This document shows, piece by piece, positions 8,105 to 22,133 of a stretch of 64,000 nt of DNA; the stretch's first letter is position 1; the number at the start of each line of letters is the position of its first letter. The position numbers were made by a program, and so were the translations under genes. This stretch comes from Spirochaetota bacterium (GTDB lineage: Bacteria > Spirochaetota > UBA4802 > JAFGJZ01), in NCBI GenBank assembly GCA_016934935.1, contig JAFGRW010000054.1:17900-81899 (forward strand), given 5' to 3'. Under the pieces are notes generated by a model. The model did no database searches, was not told the DNA's origin, and worked only from the letters and a program-made list of their open reading frames with translations.

Positions 8105-11100
8105 ATGCAAAAAACCAAAAAGGTTGTCAATTTTGGTAAGATAAATCCAAATGTTGAACTGCCAAACCTTGTTGAAGTCCAGCTGAATTCATTTGAATGG
8201 TTTTTACAGGCCGGACTGCCTCAAAAAAAACGACATTATCAAGGACTTAATTCAGTATTTGCCGATATTTTTCCGATTGAAAGCCCGCATGAAGATCTTG
8301 TACTGGAATTTATTGATTATGAAGTCGGTGATCCGAAATATTCGGAGGCTGAGTGTAAAGAACGTGATGTTACTTTTGCCTCTCCTCTTAAATCTACAAT
8401 AAGATTAATAAAAAAAGACAGTATGGAGGTTCGCGAACAGTCTGTTTATATGGGCGATATACCGCTTATGACTGAACGCGGAACTTTTATAATAAACGGT
8501 GCGGAGAGGGTAGTCGTAAATCAACTTCACCGTTCTCCGGGTATATTTTTTGCTTTCGATGATGCGAACCGTGTTTATAGCTCGCGTGTTATACCTGATA
8601 AAGGTTCCTGGCTTGAAATAGAGATGGATTCAAAAGGGTTTATTATTGCCCGTATCGACCGTAAAAAGAAGTTTCCTGTTACAATACTTGTTAAGGCTCT
8701 GGGTTACGAAACCAATGAGGATATTATAAAATTATTCTATCCTGTTGAAGAGATCAAGCTAAAAGATGAAGATTCTTATGAAGCTGCGCTTGGTCGTCGT
8801 GTAGCGTCTGATGTAGTTAGCGGCGAGACTGGTGAGGTTATCATTGAAGCTGGTAACAGAATAAATATCGATACCGTTGATATTTTTAAAGAAGAAAAGA
8901 TAAAAAGTGTAGAGTTGATAAGTTTTCCAAACAACAAAGATGACATGTATCTTGTTACAACTCTGCAAAAAGATGCGGATCTTCTTGCAAAACAGAATGT
9001 TGTCGATGCTGAAGAGCTCTCTCAAAGTCAGCTTGCTCTACTCACAATACATGAGCTTATGCGACCCGGTGAGCCTTCTACACTTGAAAATGCCGAAAAC
9101 GAATTCCAAAGGCTGTTCTTTAACCCTAAGACTTATACTCTTGGGAATGTGGGTCGTTACAAAATTAATAAAAAGTTTGGGTATGAGGATGATGATCCCT
9201 CATCAACTCTTACCAAGCGTGATATACTGGAAACAGTTAAATATGTTTTTTATCTTATTGCTGAGGCGGATGGTTTTATAGTGGATGATATTGACCACCT
9301 TGGAAACCGTCGCGTCAGATCTGTAGGTGAGCTTTTAACAAACCAGATTAAAGTTGGTTTTCAGAGAATGGAGCGTGTTATCAAGGAAAGGATGACGATA
9401 CAGGATCTTGATCTTGTTACGCCACAGGCTCTTATAAGTATTAAACCTATAAGTGCAGTAATAAATGAGTTTTTTGGTTCCAGTCAGCTTTCGCAATTTA
9501 TGGATCAGACAAATCCATTGTCTGAACTGACTCATAAACGTAGACTTAATGCGCTTGGCCCTGGAGGTTTGTCAAGAGATCGTGCCGGTTTCGAGGTTCG
9601 CGATGTTCACCATACTCATTATGGCCGGATGTGTCCTATTGAAACTCCCGAGGGTCCAAATATTGGACTGATACTGTCAATGAGTACATACTCAAGGATA
9701 AATGATTACGGTTTTCTGGAGACTCCTTACAAGATAGTTAAGGACGGCACTGTCACTTCATCTGTTAAGTATCTGACTGCAACAGAAGAGGACAGATACA
9801 ATGTAGCACAGGCTAACGCTTCAATAGATGACAATGGAATTTTTACTGAAAATCTTATACCTTGTCGTTACAGAGGCGATTTCCCTTATCGAAAACCTGA
9901 AGAGATTCAGTATATGGACGTGTCTCCCCAGCAGATCTTTTCGGTTTCAACATGTCTTATTCCTTTTCTTGAGCATGATGATGCCAATCGCGCGCTTATG
10001 GGTTCAAACATGCAGCGTCAAGCAGTTCCGCTAATGGTAGAAGAGGCACCTTTGGTGGGTACCGGTATAGAGACCTATGCGGCAATGGACTCAGGGGTAA
10101 TGATTCGTGCCAAAAATGCCGGTGATGTTGAGTATGCTGATGCGAACATCGTTAAAGTGCGCAGAAAGGATAATGGCGAGCTTGATATTTACCCACTTGT
10201 AAAATTCAAGAGAACAAATCAGGGCACCTGTTTTAATCAAAAGCCTGCTGTAAGAGTTGGTGATAAGGTTAAAAAGGGTGGAATTATCGCAGATGGACCT
10301 TCAACTGACAATGGACGCCTGGCTTTGGGTAAGAATATTCTTGTGGCGTTTATGCCCTGGATGGGATATAACTTTGAAGATGCGATTCTGCTATCTGAAC
10401 GTTTAGTAAAAGATGATGTATACACATCGTTACATATTGAACAATTCGAAGTTGAAGCTCGAGAAACAAAATTGGGGCCTGAAACCATTACGCGGGACAT
10501 ACCTAATCTTAGCGAAAAGGCCTTTAAAGACCTTGATGCTGATGGAGTTGTACGTCCAGGTGCATATGTTAAACCTAATGATATTCTGGTTGGAAAAGTT
10601 ACTCCTAAAGGTGAACAGGATATTACTCCCGAGTACAAACTTCTTCATTCCATATTCGGAGAAAAGGCGCGAGAGGTACGAGATACTTCTTTGCGTGTTC
10701 CAAATGGAATGGAAGGTGTAGTTATTGATATAAAACGCTTTTCACGGGAAAACGGTGATGAGCTTTCAGCTGGCGTAGAAGAGCTTGTTAAAGTCTTTAT
10801 CGCGAAAAAACGAAAAATATCCGTTGGGGACAAGATGGCGGGTCGTCATGGAAACAAGGGTGTTATTTCCCGCATTATGTCTGAATATGAGATGCCTTAC
10901 CTGGAGGATGGAACACCAATTGACATCGTGCTTAATCCTCTTGGTGTACCGTCTCGTATGAATCTGGGACAGTTGCTCGAGACCGAGCTTGGTTGGGCAG
11001 CTCATGAACTTGATCTCTATATGGAAACTCCTATTTTTGATGGTGCTAAACCGTATGAAATAAAGGAATATCTTAAAAAAGCAGGTCTTCCTGAAGATTC

Positions 11101-11593
11101 AAAAGCTGTACTTTATGATGGCCGTACTGGAATTCCTTTCGAAAACCGTGTAATGACGGGGTATGTTTATATTCTTAAACTGGCTCATATGGTTGATGAT
11201 AAAATTCACGCGCGATCAACAGGGCCATACTCTCTTGTAACACAGCAGCCTCTTGGCGGTAAAGCCCAGTTCGGTGGTCAGCGTTTGGGAGAGATGGAAG
11301 TTTGGGCTCTTGAAGCTTACGGCGCTGCGTATACACTACAGGAGCTTTTAACTGTTAAATCCGATGATATGCTTGGTCGCGCCAAGATGTACGAGGCAAT
11401 TGTTAAAGGGCACCATACTACTTCTCCGGGAGTTCCCGAATCTTTTAATGTACTTGTTCAGGAGCTTCGCGGTCTTGCGTTGGATGTGCGTATTTATGAT
11501 ATCCACGGCAAAGAGGCAGTAATTACCGAATGGGGTGATATGTTCGGTAAAAATCGTAAAAAAATTAAACTTGATACTATCAAGAATGATTAA
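8105..11593 (+). CDS. rpoB: DNA-directed RNA polymerase subunit beta
   Basis: It is 1163-1166 aa. GAGG lies 6 nt before ATG 8105. An in-frame TTG at 8093 is an alternative start. Confidence 0.95.
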   Translation: MQKTKKVVNFGKINPNVELPNLVEVQLNSFEWFLQAGLPQKKRHYQGLNSVFADIFPIESPHEDLVLEFIDYEVGDPKYSEAECKERDVTFASPLKSTIRLIKKDSMEVREQSVYMGDIPLMTERGTFIINGAERVVVNQLHRSPGIFFAFDDANRVYSSRVIPDKGSWLEIEMDSKGFIIARIDRKKKFPVTILVKALGYETNEDIIKLFYPVEEIKLKDEDSYEAALGRRVASDVVSGETGEVIIEAGNRINIDTVDIFKEEKIKSVELISFPNNKDDMYLVTTLQKDADLLAKQNVVDAEELSQSQLALLTIHELMRPGEPSTLENAENEFQRLFFNPKTYTLGNVGRYKINKKFGYEDDDPSSTLTKRDILETVKYVFYLIAEADGFIVDDIDHLGNRRVRSVGELLTNQIKVGFQRMERVIKERMTIQDLDLVTPQALISIKPISAVINEFFGSSQLSQFMDQTNPLSELTHKRRLNALGPGGLSRDRAGFEVRDVHHTHYGRMCPIETPEGPNIGLILSMSTYSRINDYGFLETPYKIVKDGTVTSSVKYLTATEEDRYNVAQANASIDDNGIFTENLIPCRYRGDFPYRKPEEIQYMDVSPQQIFSVSTCLIPFLEHDDANRALMGSNMQRQAVPLMVEEAPLVGTGIETYAAMDSGVMIRAKNAGDVEYADANIVKVRRKDNGELDIYPLVKFKRTNQGTCFNQKPAVRVGDKVKKGGIIADGPSTDNGRLALGKNILVAFMPWMGYNFEDAILLSERLVKDDVYTSLHIEQFEVEARETKLGPETITRDIPNLSEKAFKDLDADGVVRPGAYVKPNDILVGKVTPKGEQDITPEYKLLHSIFGEKAREVRDTSLRVPNGMEGVVIDIKRFSRENGDELSAGVEELVKVFIAKKRKISVGDKMAGRHGNKGVISRIMSEYEMPYLEDGTPIDIVLNPLGVPSRMNLGQLLETELGWAAHELDLYMETPIFDGAKPYEIKEYLKKAGLPEDSKAVLYDGRTGIPFENRVMTGYVYILKLAHMVDDKIHARSTGPYSLVTQQPLGGKAQFGGQRLGEMEVWALEAYGAAYTLQELLTVKSDDMLGRAKMYEAIVKGHHTTSPGVPESFNVLVQELRGLALDVRIYDIHGKEAVITEWGDMFGKNRKKIKLDTIKND

Positions 11594-11680
11594 GAATTGA
11601 TCTGCCATTGCTTTTTTATGAATGGCAGTGAAATAATAGCAGTAATCAGTATTATCCTATAAAAAGATCAAGGATAGAAG

Positions 11681-14600
11681 ATGAAAGATTTTAATAACTT
11701 TGATTCAATTAAGATACAGCTTGCTTCACCGGAAATCATCAGGGAATGGTCATATGGTGAAGTTAAAAAGCCGGAAACTATTAACTACAGAACACTTAAG
11801 CCTGAAAGGGACGGTCTATTTTGTGAAAAAATATTCGGTACCACAAAGGAGTGGGAGTGTTACTGTGGTAAGTTTAAATCGATCCGTTACGCGGGTGTAA
11901 TTTGTGACCGTTGTGGTGTTGAAGTAACGCACTACAAGGTTCGTCGTGAAAGAAGTGGTCATATCGAACTTGCAACACCGGTAGCTCATATATGGTATTA
12001 CCGTTCTGTACCTTCAAGACTGGGACTGCTGCTTAATATGGCGGTTAGTGACCTTAAAAAAGTGCTGTATTATGAAAAATATGTAGTAACAGATCCAGGT
12101 GAGGCCGAGGCTGAAAACATAAGCCGGGGATCGTTGCTCGAAGAAGATGAATATTACGAGCTCTACGAAAAATATGGTGATACGATGATCGCCGACATGG
12201 GAGCAGCAGCAATAAAGGAGCTGCTTCTTGATATAGATCTTGATGCCGAATCTCGTAATCTGCGGGCACTGATACTGGATTTACAGGCGAATGGCAAAGC
12301 TATCGATAAAAAACTTGTTAAGCGGGTTGAGGTTATCGAGGCTTTCAGAGATTCTGAAAACAAACCTGAGTGGATGATACTAGATGTTGTACCTGTAATT
12401 CCACCCGAGCTTCGTCCGATGGTACAGCTTGACGGAGGACGTTTTGCAACTTCGGATCTTAATGACCTTTATCGTCGAGTAATTAACCGTAATAACCGTT
12501 TAAAGCGATTACTGGCTCTACGTGCTCCGGATATCATTGTAAAAAATGAGAAACGTATGCTTCAAGAGGCTGTAGACGCCTTATTTGATAACAGCCGGCG
12601 CAAGAGAGTTGTAAAAGGAAAGGGAAACCGGCCTCTTAAATCACTTTCAGATATGCTTAAAGGTAAGCAGGGGCGTTTTAGGCAAAACCTTCTGGGTAAA
12701 CGTGTCGATTATTCCGGCCGTTCGGTTATTGTTATCGGTCCCGATTTGAAACTACATCAGTGTGGACTTCCTAAGCGGATGGCAATCGAACTTTTTAAGC
12801 CTTTCATTATGCGCCGTCTTGTTGATAAGGGGTTTGTGCCCAATATAAAATCGGCTAAACGTATGGTCGAAAACGAGAAACCTGAAGTATGGGAAGTTCT
12901 GGAAGAGGTTGTTTCTGAACATCCCGTATTGCTTAATAGAGCTCCGACATTGCACCGTCTGGGTATTCAGGCGTTTGAGCCGGTAATCGTAGAAGGAAAA
13001 GCAATACGTTTGCATCCTCTGGTTTGTCTTGCTTATAATGCTGACTTCGATGGCGATCAGATGGCAGTTCACCTGCCTTTATCTCCGCGCGCCCAACTTG
13101 AGTGCTGGACTCTTATGCTCTCTACAAACAACCTTCTATCGCCTGCAAACGGTGAACCTATTGTTACACCTTCACAGGATATAGTTCTTGGTTTGTATTA
13201 TCTTACAGCAATATTTGAAGATGACAATGAGAAACTAAAGGTTTATGATAACTACGATGAAGTTATGATGGCTGTTGACCGTCGTGTTTTAAAACTACGT
13301 TCCAGGATCGGCTTCTATTTCGATGATGAAATAGTTGAGACAACGGCAGGACGACTTCTTTTTAACAAGTCGCTTCCTGAAGGTTATAAATACATAAATC
13401 ATACTGTCGGAAAAAGTGAAATAGCCGAGATAATCGCTGATGTAGTACGTATTTACGGTGCAACAGAGACTGTTAAGCTTCTGGATGTAATTAAAGCTCT
13501 TGGTTATAAATATGGAACGCATTTTGCGCCGACAATAGCAATATCGGATATTATCGTTCCAGATGAAAAAAAGGCGATGATTACAGCTGCAAACAAAGAG
13601 ATAGAAGACATAGAAAACAATTATAGAATGGGTATGCGTACCAATGGTGAACGTTTTAACCTGGTTGTAAACAAATGGACTGGTGTTATTGATGATGTAA
13701 CCAATGTTATGATGAAAAACTTTGAAAAAGCCGAAGGTGGTTTTAACAACGTTTACGTAATGGCCAAGTCGGGTGCTCGTGGTAGTCGTCAACAGATTAA
13801 GCAGTTGGCGGGATTACGCGGACTTATGGCGAAACCGAGTGGCGAAATTATTGATGTACCTATTCGATCTAACTTTAAAGAAGGATTGAATGTTCTTGAA
13901 TATTTTATCTCGACAAACGGTGCCCGTAAGGGACTTGCTGATACAGCCCTGAAAACTGCGGATGCCGGATACCTTACAAGACGACTTGTAGATATATCAC
14001 AGGATGTTGTTATTAACGAGATTGATTGTGGAACAACTATAGGCATCGATGTATCGGCTATCAAAGAGGGTGATGAAATAATCGAATCTCTTGGCAGTCG
14101 GGTTGTTGGAAGAAATCTTCTTTATGATCTTTATCATCCTGTTACAAACGAGATTATCGCCAAAGCTGATCAAATTATAAATGAAGAAACTGCCAGAAAG
14201 ATTGACGAGTTAAAAATTGATACAATTGAAATACGTTCTGTTTTAACTTGTGAGTCACGTCATGGTGTATGCGCCAAGTGTTACGGAAGAAACCTTGCTT
14301 CGACAAGGGGTGTGGAAATAGGGGAAGCGGTAGGAATTATCGCGGCACAATCTATAGGGCAGCCTGGAACTCAGCTTACAATGAGAACATTTCACATTGG
14401 AGGTATCGCTACAGGTTCTGTTAACGAAACCGATATACGATTCCCATATCCGTTATATCTTAAAAATATTACATTCCGCACAATCGAAACAGATGATAAC
14501 AAGATCGTTTCCGTTCGTCGTGGTTACATGGAAATTCAGCGTAATGTTTTTGAGTACGAAATTGCCAAGGGTGATGATATACTTGTTGCAGAAGGTGAAA

Positions 14601-16033
14601 AGGTATACCCGGGAACTATTATTGCAAGACATGCCGACAAAACCGAAGAGATTTCGCGTTTTTCAGGTATTATCAAACTGCACTCAACCAAGGTTACTAT
14701 TCTTGGCGATGTCCATTCTGTACCAGTTAACGTAGGTGCGGTGATATATTCTCATGTCGGAGAATTCTATGACCGTAATGAAGTTTTGGCTACGGTTGAC
14801 CCAATGATGGAACCTATTATAACCGAAATTGATGGTACCATAGAGTTCTATGACATTGAAAAAAATAAGAGTATGGTTGAAGAGACAGACCCTGTCAGTG
14901 GATCTAAAAAGCGGATTATTGTTGAGTTTAAGACCGAAAAATTGCAACCGCGTATAGATGTATTTGGTAAATCCGGTGAGCCAACAACTTATCTGTTACC
15001 GAAAGGGGCTTATATTGAGACTGAGCATGGTGCTTCTGTTAAAGCAGGTGCTGTTCTCGCAAAGATACCAAAAGAGGCTGAAAGAACAAAAGACATTACA
15101 GGTGGTCTTCCGCGTGTTGCCGAATTGTTCGAAGCTCGCGTTCCAAAAGATAAGGCTACTCTTGCCGAAATTGACGGAACAGTTATTATCGGAGATACCG
15201 TTAAGAACAAGCGAAAAATTAAAATTGAAAATGAGGATGAGAGCCGTGAGTATTCTATACCATCATCCAAATTTCTCCGGGTACAGGATAAAGATTTTAT
15301 CCGAAAAGGGGAAAAACTTGACGATGGAGCTATTGACCCTCATGACATTTTAAGAATCAAAGGTCGTCCGGAACTGCAAAAGTTTCTTGTAAATGAAGTT
15401 CAGGAGGTATATCGTTTGCAGGGTGTTGGCATTAACGATAAGCATATAGAGGTTATCGTTCGCCAGATGCTCCGTAAGGTTAAAATCTCTGATCCTGGTG
15501 ATACAAATTTTGTAATCGAACAGATAGTTGATAAGTTTGATTTTAAATTTGAGAATGACAAAGTTGTAGCGGAAGGTGGAAGCCCTGCTTCGGCAGAACC
15601 TGTTTTAATGGGTATAACAAAAGCATCGCTTAACACCGAGTCCTTTATTTCTGCAGCTTCGTTCCAGGAGACAACTAGAGTATTAACTGATGCCGCTATC
15701 AAGGCAAAGGTTGATAATCTCCGAGGTTTAAAAGAAAATGTAATTATCGGTCATCTTATACCGGCAGGTACAGGTATGCCTGATTATAACAATATCTCTG
15801 TTTATCAGAATGAACCGGGTGATCTTGATATTTCTGAGGAAGAAAGCCTGGAACAGGAAGAGGCCGAAAAAGCAGCAGTTTTAGCTGCGGTTGAAACTGA
15901 AGCTACAATAGGTAAAGAACAGACAGATGAGGAGACTGCTGTTAAGAATCTTTTCAAAGCTGTAGTCGCCGATTCAGATATAGAAGATGATCTTTCAGAA
16001 CCAGATGAATCTGACGACGAAGATATAGATTAA
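11681..16033 (+). CDS. rpoC: DNA-directed RNA polymerase subunit beta' (with acidic C-terminal tail)
   Basis: It is 1450 aa. It has the Zn-finger [20 protein letters not shown] and the NADFDGD active site. Confidence 0.95.
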   Translation: MKDFNNFDSIKIQLASPEIIREWSYGEVKKPETINYRTLKPERDGLFCEKIFGTTKEWECYCGKFKSIRYAGVICDRCGVEVTHYKVRRERSGHIELATPVAHIWYYRSVPSRLGLLLNMAVSDLKKVLYYEKYVVTDPGEAEAENISRGSLLEEDEYYELYEKYGDTMIADMGAAAIKELLLDIDLDAESRNLRALILDLQANGKAIDKKLVKRVEVIEAFRDSENKPEWMILDVVPVIPPELRPMVQLDGGRFATSDLNDLYRRVINRNNRLKRLLALRAPDIIVKNEKRMLQEAVDALFDNSRRKRVVKGKGNRPLKSLSDMLKGKQGRFRQNLLGKRVDYSGRSVIVIGPDLKLHQCGLPKRMAIELFKPFIMRRLVDKGFVPNIKSAKRMVENEKPEVWEVLEEVVSEHPVLLNRAPTLHRLGIQAFEPVIVEGKAIRLHPLVCLAYNADFDGDQMAVHLPLSPRAQLECWTLMLSTNNLLSPANGEPIVTPSQDIVLGLYYLTAIFEDDNEKLKVYDNYDEVMMAVDRRVLKLRSRIGFYFDDEIVETTAGRLLFNKSLPEGYKYINHTVGKSEIAEIIADVVRIYGATETVKLLDVIKALGYKYGTHFAPTIAISDIIVPDEKKAMITAANKEIEDIENNYRMGMRTNGERFNLVVNKWTGVIDDVTNVMMKNFEKAEGGFNNVYVMAKSGARGSRQQIKQLAGLRGLMAKPSGEIIDVPIRSNFKEGLNVLEYFISTNGARKGLADTALKTADAGYLTRRLVDISQDVVINEIDCGTTIGIDVSAIKEGDEIIESLGSRVVGRNLLYDLYHPVTNEIIAKADQIINEETARKIDELKIDTIEIRSVLTCESRHGVCAKCYGRNLASTRGVEIGEAVGIIAAQSIGQPGTQLTMRTFHIGGIATGSVNETDIRFPYPLYLKNITFRTIETDDNKIVSVRRGYMEIQRNVFEYEIAKGDDILVAEGEKVYPGTIIARHADKTEEISRFSGIIKLHSTKVTILGDVHSVPVNVGAVIYSHVGEFYDRNEVLATVDPMMEPIITEIDGTIEFYDIEKNKSMVEETDPVSGSKKRIIVEFKTEKLQPRIDVFGKSGEPTTYLLPKGAYIETEHGASVKAGAVLAKIPKEAERTKDITGGLPRVAELFEARVPKDKATLAEIDGTVIIGDTVKNKRKIKIENEDESREYSIPSSKFLRVQDKDFIRKGEKLDDGAIDPHDILRIKGRPELQKFLVNEVQEVYRLQGVGINDKHIEVIVRQMLRKVKISDPGDTNFVIEQIVDKFDFKFENDKVVAEGGSPASAEPVLMGITKASLNTESFISAASFQETTRVLTDAAIKAKVDNLRGLKENVIIGHLIPAGTGMPDYNNISVYQNEPGDLDISEEESLEQEEAEKAAVLAAVETEATIGKEQTDEETAVKNLFKAVVADSDIEDDLSEPDESDDEDID

Positions 16034-16039
16034 TACAAT

Positions 16040-16070
16040 AGACCGAAATATCAAAATGATGTTTCGGTCT
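16040..16070 (+). terminator. hairpin after rpoC
   Basis: AGACCGAAA (16040-16048) pairs with TTTCGGTCT (16062-16070) around a 13-nt loop. The downstream tail is only moderately U-rich. Confidence 0.4.
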
Positions 16071-16136
16071 AAAGTTGTTTCCGGTTCACATCTGTCATGA
16101 TGAGACTGCTGACGAAGAGCTTTTGCATTAATTTTC

Positions 16137-16167
16137 TTGACAATTAACAGCTCTACGAAGATATAGT
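16137..16167 (+). promoter_or_regulatory. putative sigma70 promoter of the rpsL (str) operon
   Basis: It reads TTGACA (16137-16142), a 19-nt spacer, then TATAGT (16162-16167). Confidence 0.35.
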
Positions 16168-16263
16168 CATAACCTGACCGATATTAACTAAATGATTTTT
16201 TAATTATCTATCTAAGATGTCAGGTTTTCACTAATTGATATATAATTTTTATGAGGATATAAA

Positions 16264-16638
16264 ATGCCAACAATCAATCAGCTAATAAAAAATGGGCGAG
16301 AAAGTAAGGGTAAACGCTACAAGTCGCCTGCATTAAAATCATGTCCGCAAAAACGTGGAGTTTGTACGCGTGTTATGACTGTAACACCAAAAAAACCTAA
16401 CTCTGCGTTAAGAAAAGTTGCCCGTGTCCGTTTAACAAACGGAATAGAGGTTACAGCGTATATTCCTGGAATTGGTCATAATCTTCAGGAACACTCCGCA
16501 GTTCTAGTTCGTGGTGGAAGGGTAAAGGATATTCCAGGTGTGCGTTATCACATTGTTCGTGGCGCTCTTGATACGCTTGGTGTTAATGATCGTAAACGTG
16601 GTCGTTCTAAATATGGTACAAAAAGACCAAAGGCTTAA
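16264..16638 (+). CDS. rpsL: 30S ribosomal protein S12
   Basis: It reads MPTINQLIK...[10 protein letters not shown]. Confidence 0.97.
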   Translation: MPTINQLIKNGRESKGKRYKSPALKSCPQKRGVCTRVMTVTPKKPNSALRKVARVRLTNGIEVTAYIPGIGHNLQEHSAVLVRGGRVKDIPGVRYHIVRGALDTLGVNDRKRGRSKYGTKRPKA

Positions 16639-16849
16639 GCTGTAATTGTATAGCTGAGACACGTACATGCTGAGTAATCCAGGGAAAGAGTTGCATCTTC
16701 CGGGAGCGGGTTTCGGTTATCTTTTATTGTTTATGTAGAATCAGGATGGCTTTGCATCCGGGTTTGCTTTGTCTTTATTTATAATTAGAAAATATTATAA
16801 CTTTTACAGCGGAAATTTAACAAGATTTTCAATTTATTTGTTCTATTGA

Positions 16850-17344
<495 letters not shown>

Positions 17345-17492
17345 TAATATCAGCTTTAAGTATTTGGTTAATCTGGGTTTTATAGCTTCTTTGTTTTACC
17401 GGTATAACCTTTATGTATTATATGGACACACCTGTTTCAGCTACTGCAGAGACAGGTGTTTTTATTATTAGTATTGTGATTTAAGAGGATTT

Positions 17493-19574
17493 ATGGGACG
17501 AGATCTACCACTTCACCGGACAAGAAACATAGGTATAATGGCGCATATTGATGCCGGGAAAACCACGTTAACAGAAAGAATCTTGTTTTTTACTGGAAAA
17601 ACCCATAAGATTGGCGAAGTTCATGAGGGTGCAGCCGAAATGGACTGGATGGATCAGGAGAAAGAGCGAGGTATTACAATCACGGCTGCTGCAACGAGCT
17701 GCATGTGGAACAACACGCGGATTAATATAATAGATACACCCGGACATGTCGATTTTACCGTAGAGGTTGAAAGGTCTTTGCGTGTTCTTGATTCGGCCAT
17801 TGCAGTTTTTGACGGTGTTGCTGGCGTAGAGCCTCAATCAGAAACAGTTTGGCGGCAGGCAGACAGATACCACATTCCGAGAATATGTTTTGTAAACAAG
17901 ATGGATCGAATCGGTGCTGATTTTGCATATTGCTGCGATATGATAGAAAAAAAATTGCACGCGTTACCTTTACCGCTTCAGATACCAATGGGAGCCGAAG
18001 ACAAGTTTAAGGGCTCTATAGATTTGATAACCATGAAAGCAATATATAATGAAGGTGATCATGGCGAAAAGTTGATTTTATCTGATATACCTGAAGAATT
18101 TGCTGCTGAGGCAGGCTCAATGCGTGATATGATGCTTGAAATTGTTGCTGAAAACGATGATGAGCTTATGGAAAAATATCTGGAAGGATCAGAAATCACA
18201 GTTGATGAGATACGTTCTTCAATAAAAAAATCTGTGGCTGAAAGAAAATATTTTCCCGTATTTTGCGGTTCAGCGCTAAAGGATAAGGGTGTTCAGCCGG
18301 TTCTTGATGCCATAACATACTATCTTCCTTCTCCGAAGGATGTACCGCCAATGCATGGGCATCTTCCCGATTCTGAAGAAAAAGTATATCGCGAATCTTC
18401 AGATAAAGAAAAGTTTGCTGCTTTGATATTTAAGGTTCGATCAGATACATATGTTGGCCGATTAACATACATGAGAATTTATTCAGGAACTATTAAGGTC
18501 GGTGATCAACTTTTTAATATTACACAGAATAAAAAAGAGAGAATTGGCAAAATATTGAGAATGCATGCCAATAACAGGGAAGAGATGCAGGAGGCTTTTG
18601 CCGGTGATATTGTTGCGATTGTAGGTCTGAAATTCGCAAAAACCGGTGATACCGTATGTGATGCGTCAAATCCGGTTATTCTTGAAAAAATGGATTTTGC
18701 GGAGCCTGTTATATCAATTGTAATTGAACCAAAAACAAAAGTTGATAAAGAAAAAATTGAGCAGGCACTTGTTCGACTTGAAGATGAAGATCCGACCTTT
18801 CGTGTTGTCAAAGATGAAGATACAGGTCAAAATCTAATATCAGGTATGGGTGAGCTGCACCTGGATATAATTGTAGATCGTTTAATGCGTGAATTTAATG
18901 TAAATGCCAACGTTGGCCAACCGCAGGTATCGTATAAAGAGACAATTACTGTCGAGGCCTCTGTCGAGAAGAAATATGAAAATGTAATCGGCGGTAAAAC
19001 AATTAAGGCTGCGGTTTCGGTCTCCATTTCTCCGTTGCAATCAGGCTCGGGCATTGTTGTTGAATCATCCTTAAATAAAGACAGTATAGCTTCCGAAATC
19101 AGAGATGCTGTTGAATCCGGAGTGATAGATGGAACGCAGGCTGGCACCTTGGCAATGTTCAAGGTGGATGATATAAAAATAAAGATAAACTCATGTGTAT
19201 ATGATGATACCGAGGGTGCAGTGTTTGCATGCAGGGCTGCGGCCGGCATGGCTGTTAGAGAATCTCTTGCAAAAGCTGAGCCGGTTCTGCTCGAACCTAT
19301 TATGCGGGTTGAGATTATGTCGCCTGAAGACTATACTGGAGACATAATAAGTGATATTAATATGCGTTCTGGACGAATCGAGAGCATGGATATGGAAAAA
19401 AGCATAAAAGTATTGCATGCTTATGCACCAATGTCTGAAATGTTTGGATATGCTACAGCGTTAAGATCCATGAGTCAGGGTAGAGCCAACTACACAATGC
19501 AGTTTAGTCGCTATGAAGCAGTTGGCAAACAGAAAGCGCAAACTATAATAAACAAGATTATGGGGCGGATGTGA
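17493..19574 (+). CDS. fusA: elongation factor G
   Basis: It has [17 protein letters not shown] and NKMD G-motifs. It is 693 aa. Confidence 0.97.
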   Translation: MGRDLPLHRTRNIGIMAHIDAGKTTLTERILFFTGKTHKIGEVHEGAAEMDWMDQEKERGITITAAATSCMWNNTRINIIDTPGHVDFTVEVERSLRVLDSAIAVFDGVAGVEPQSETVWRQADRYHIPRICFVNKMDRIGADFAYCCDMIEKKLHALPLPLQIPMGAEDKFKGSIDLITMKAIYNEGDHGEKLILSDIPEEFAAEAGSMRDMMLEIVAENDDELMEKYLEGSEITVDEIRSSIKKSVAERKYFPVFCGSALKDKGVQPVLDAITYYLPSPKDVPPMHGHLPDSEEKVYRESSDKEKFAALIFKVRSDTYVGRLTYMRIYSGTIKVGDQLFNITQNKKERIGKILRMHANNREEMQEAFAGDIVAIVGLKFAKTGDTVCDASNPVILEKMDFAEPVISIVIEPKTKVDKEKIEQALVRLEDEDPTFRVVKDEDTGQNLISGMGELHLDIIVDRLMREFNVNANVGQPQVSYKETITVEASVEKKYENVIGGKTIKAAVSVSISPLQSGSGIVVESSLNKDSIASEIRDAVESGVIDGTQAGTLAMFKVDDIKIKINSCVYDDTEGAVFACRAAAGMAVRESLAKAEPVLLEPIMRVEIMSPEDYTGDIISDINMRSGRIESMDMEKSIKVLHAYAPMSEMFGYATALRSMSQGRANYTMQFSRYEAVGKQKAQTIINKIMGRM

Positions 19575-19750
19575 TAATCCTGTGACATTTTGATCTTTTT
19601 TTTCTAATATTTCGATTAATTAAGATTAATGGATTAATTTTGTTGACACAAAAGGCATATAATTTTTAATTTTGTTACTTTCAGGTCACTATTGCTATTA
19701 AATAAATTAATAATAGATTTGTATTCAAGTAATAAAAGAGGTGAATTCAC

Positions 19751-20971
19751 ATGGCAAAGGAAAAATTTGACAGATCCAAGCCACACTTAAACATTGGAAC
19801 GATTGGCCATATTGACCACGGCAAGACTACTCTTACTTCGGCAATCACAAACTGTATGGCTCTTCAATTCGGCGGAAAAAACAAAGCTGTTGCATTTGAA
19901 AATATTGATAATGCTCCAGAAGAGAGAGAGCGTGGTATTACTATCGCCACTTCTCACCAGGAATACGAGACAGATGTTCGTCACTACGCACACGTTGACT
20001 GTCCTGGACACGCCGACTATGTAAAAAACATGATAACAGGTGCCGCTCAGATGGATGCCGCAATTCTTGTAGTTGCTGCTACTGATGGCCCAATGCCGCA
20101 AACAAAAGAGCACGTTCTTCTTGCTCGTCAGGTAAACGTACCTTATATTGTTGTATTTCTTAATAAGGTTGATATGCTTGATGCTGATGAGCGTGACGAA
20201 CTGGTAGAGCTTGTCGAGATGGAGATACGTGAGTTGTTAAGTACTTACGAATTTCCAGGAGATGATACTCCGATTATTCCTGGTTCTGCTCTTAAAGCTC
20301 TTGAAGATTCAGCTGCAGGAAACAAAGATTCAGAGTGGGTTCAGGGTGTTGTTAAACTTATTAAAACCATTGATGAGTATGTGCCGGAACCAGAGCGTGC
20401 AACTGATAAGGATTTCCTTATGCCTGTAGAGGATGTTTTCTCGATTACAGGGCGTGGTACTGTTGCTACAGGACGTATTGAGCGTGGAATAGTGCACACA
20501 GGTGATAACGTTGAGATCGTTGGTTTCAAAGAGACTGCTTCTACTGTTGTTACAGGGGTAGAGATGTTCAGAAAGCTTCTTGATGAGGGTAGAGCGGGTG
20601 ATAACGTTGGTTGTCTTTTGCGCGGAACTGCAAAGGATGATATCGAACGAGGTCAGGTTCTTGCCAAGCCGGGTTCTATTACTCCGCATACAGATTTTGA
20701 ATGTGATGTTTTCATCCTTTCAAAAGATGAGGGTGGCCGACATACTCCTTTCTTCGGAAATTATCGACCACAGTTTTACTTTAGAACAACAGATGTAACT
20801 GGTGTAATCGTACTTCCTGAGGGAGTAGAAATGGTTATGCCTGGTGACCATGTTAAAAAGATGGGTGTTCAACTTATTACTCCGGTAGCAATGGACGAGA
20901 CTCTTCGTTTTGCGATTCGCGAAGGTGGAAGAACTGTTGGTGCAGGTGTTGTATCAAAAATAACAAAATAA
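19751..20971 (+). CDS. tuf: elongation factor Tu
   Basis: It has [17 protein letters not shown] and NKVD. It is 406 aa. Confidence 0.97.
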   Translation: MAKEKFDRSKPHLNIGTIGHIDHGKTTLTSAITNCMALQFGGKNKAVAFENIDNAPEERERGITIATSHQEYETDVRHYAHVDCPGHADYVKNMITGAAQMDAAILVVAATDGPMPQTKEHVLLARQVNVPYIVVFLNKVDMLDADERDELVELVEMEIRELLSTYEFPGDDTPIIPGSALKALEDSAAGNKDSEWVQGVVKLIKTIDEYVPEPERATDKDFLMPVEDVFSITGRGTVATGRIERGIVHTGDNVEIVGFKETASTVVTGVEMFRKLLDEGRAGDNVGCLLRGTAKDDIERGQVLAKPGSITPHTDFECDVFILSKDEGGRHTPFFGNYRPQFYFRTTDVTGVIVLPEGVEMVMPGDHVKKMGVQLITPVAMDETLRFAIREGGRTVGAGVVSKITK

Positions 20972-21009
20972 TTTAAAATTTATTTGACGAATAAATGCCG
21001 TATAATAAT

Positions 21010-21054
21010 AGTTGTCAGGCTGAACAGATAAGGTCTGACAACTAATAATAATTT
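21010..21054 (+). terminator. tuf terminator / S10-operon leader hairpin
   Basis: AGTTGTCAG (21010-21018) pairs with CTGACAACT (21035-21043), followed by AATAATAATTTT. Confidence 0.45.
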
Positions 21055-21072
21055 TACAATTTGAGGAAAAAC

Positions 21073-21390
21073 GTGGCTAAGTTAGCGGAACAGAGAATCA
21101 GGGTAAAACTAAAGTCTTTTGATGTAAAGTTACTTGATAAATCGGCAGCAAAGATTGTTGCAACAACAAATAGAAGTGGAGCGAAGGTCGCAGGTCCTAT
21201 TCCGCTGCCTACTAAAATTGAAAAGTTTTGTGTATTGCGGTCGCCGCATGTTAATAAGACTTCTCGTGAGCAGTTTGAGGTTAGAACTCACAAGCGTTTG
21301 GTTGATATCGTTAATCCAAACTCTGATACGGTTGAAGCGTTGATGAAGCTTGAACTTCCTGCTGGTGTTTCTGTAGATATTAAGTCGTAA
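21073..21390 (+). CDS. rpsJ: 30S ribosomal protein S10
   Basis: A GTG start with GAGG 6 nt upstream gives [17 protein letters not shown]. The listed TTG at 21061 is an in-frame extension. Confidence 0.9.
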   Translation: MAKLAEQRIRVKLKSFDVKLLDKSAAKIVATTNRSGAKVAGPIPLPTKIEKFCVLRSPHVNKTSREQFEVRTHKRLVDIVNPNSDTVEALMKLELPAGVSVDIKS

Positions 21391-21498
21391 GAATTGCCGT
21401 AGTATCTCTAAAATAGTTTTGAGAATTGTGTTGATATCGTTACCCGGTTCTTGTTGACCATGGCCGGTGTATAATCAATTATATATGGGAAAAATGTG

Positions 21499-22116
21499 AT
21501 GAAAAAGGCGTTAGTTGGGAAAAAAATTAGCATGACTCAAGTCTACGATGAAAATGGCGTAGTTGTGCCGGTGACTGTTATAGAGCTCGGTCCCAATGTC
21601 GTGTTACAAAAGAAGACTGTAGAAAAAGACGGATATTCGGCGTTAAAGGTTGGTTTTGGGTCTATCAAAGAAAAGAACTGTCCTGCTCCTTTATTAAAAG
21701 ACTTCAAAAAGAAGAGTGTCGAGCCTAAGCGCGTTCTTCGCGAAATAGATGCTTTTGATGAATCTCTTGATGTCGGTTCAGTAATTGATTGCAGTGTTCT
21801 GGATGGTATTGAAAAAGTGAATATTGTTTCAACATCCAAGGGCAAGGGGTTTGCTGGAAGTATTAAGAGGCATGGTTTTGGTGGTGGTCGTGCGACACAT
21901 GGTTCGCATTTTCACCGTGCTCCCGGCTCAATTGGAGCTTGTGCCTATCCGGGTGAAGTCTGGAAAGGTCAGCGTATGCCTGGAAGAAAAGGCTCTGATC
22001 GCGTTACTGTTAAAAATCTTAAAGTTGTAAAAGTTATCAAGGATAAGAATCTTGTTCTTGTATCCGGTGCCGTTCCCGGTCGCAAAGATTCAATTGTTCT
22101 TGTTTGTGAAAGCTGA
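21499..22116 (+). CDS. rplC: 50S ribosomal protein L3
   Basis: This is an L3 family protein. ATG 21499 is preferred, with GTG 21496 as an alternative. Confidence 0.93.
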   Translation: MKKALVGKKISMTQVYDENGVVVPVTVIELGPNVVLQKKTVEKDGYSALKVGFGSIKEKNCPAPLLKDFKKKSVEPKRVLREIDAFDESLDVGSVIDCSVLDGIEKVNIVSTSKGKGFAGSIKRHGFGGGRATHGSHFHRAPGSIGACAYPGEVWKGQRMPGRKGSDRVTVKNLKVVKVIKDKNLVLVSGAVPGRKDSIVLVCES

Positions 22117-22133
22117 CAAGGTGGAGTACTGAG

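Noticed and set aside
8193-16033. Numerous 60-165-aa ORFs on both strands inside rpoB/rpoC, and similar ones inside fusA, tuf, secY and the V-ATPase genes
   Set aside because: They are fully embedded in strongly supported conserved genes. These are frame artefacts.
19575-19750. TTGACA followed by TATAAT between fusA and tuf as an internal tuf promoter
   Set aside because: The spacer between the two hexamers is only about 9 nt, which is not a functional sigma70 geometry.
20985-21006. TTGACG followed by TATAAT upstream of rpsJ
   Set aside because: The spacer is only 11 nt.
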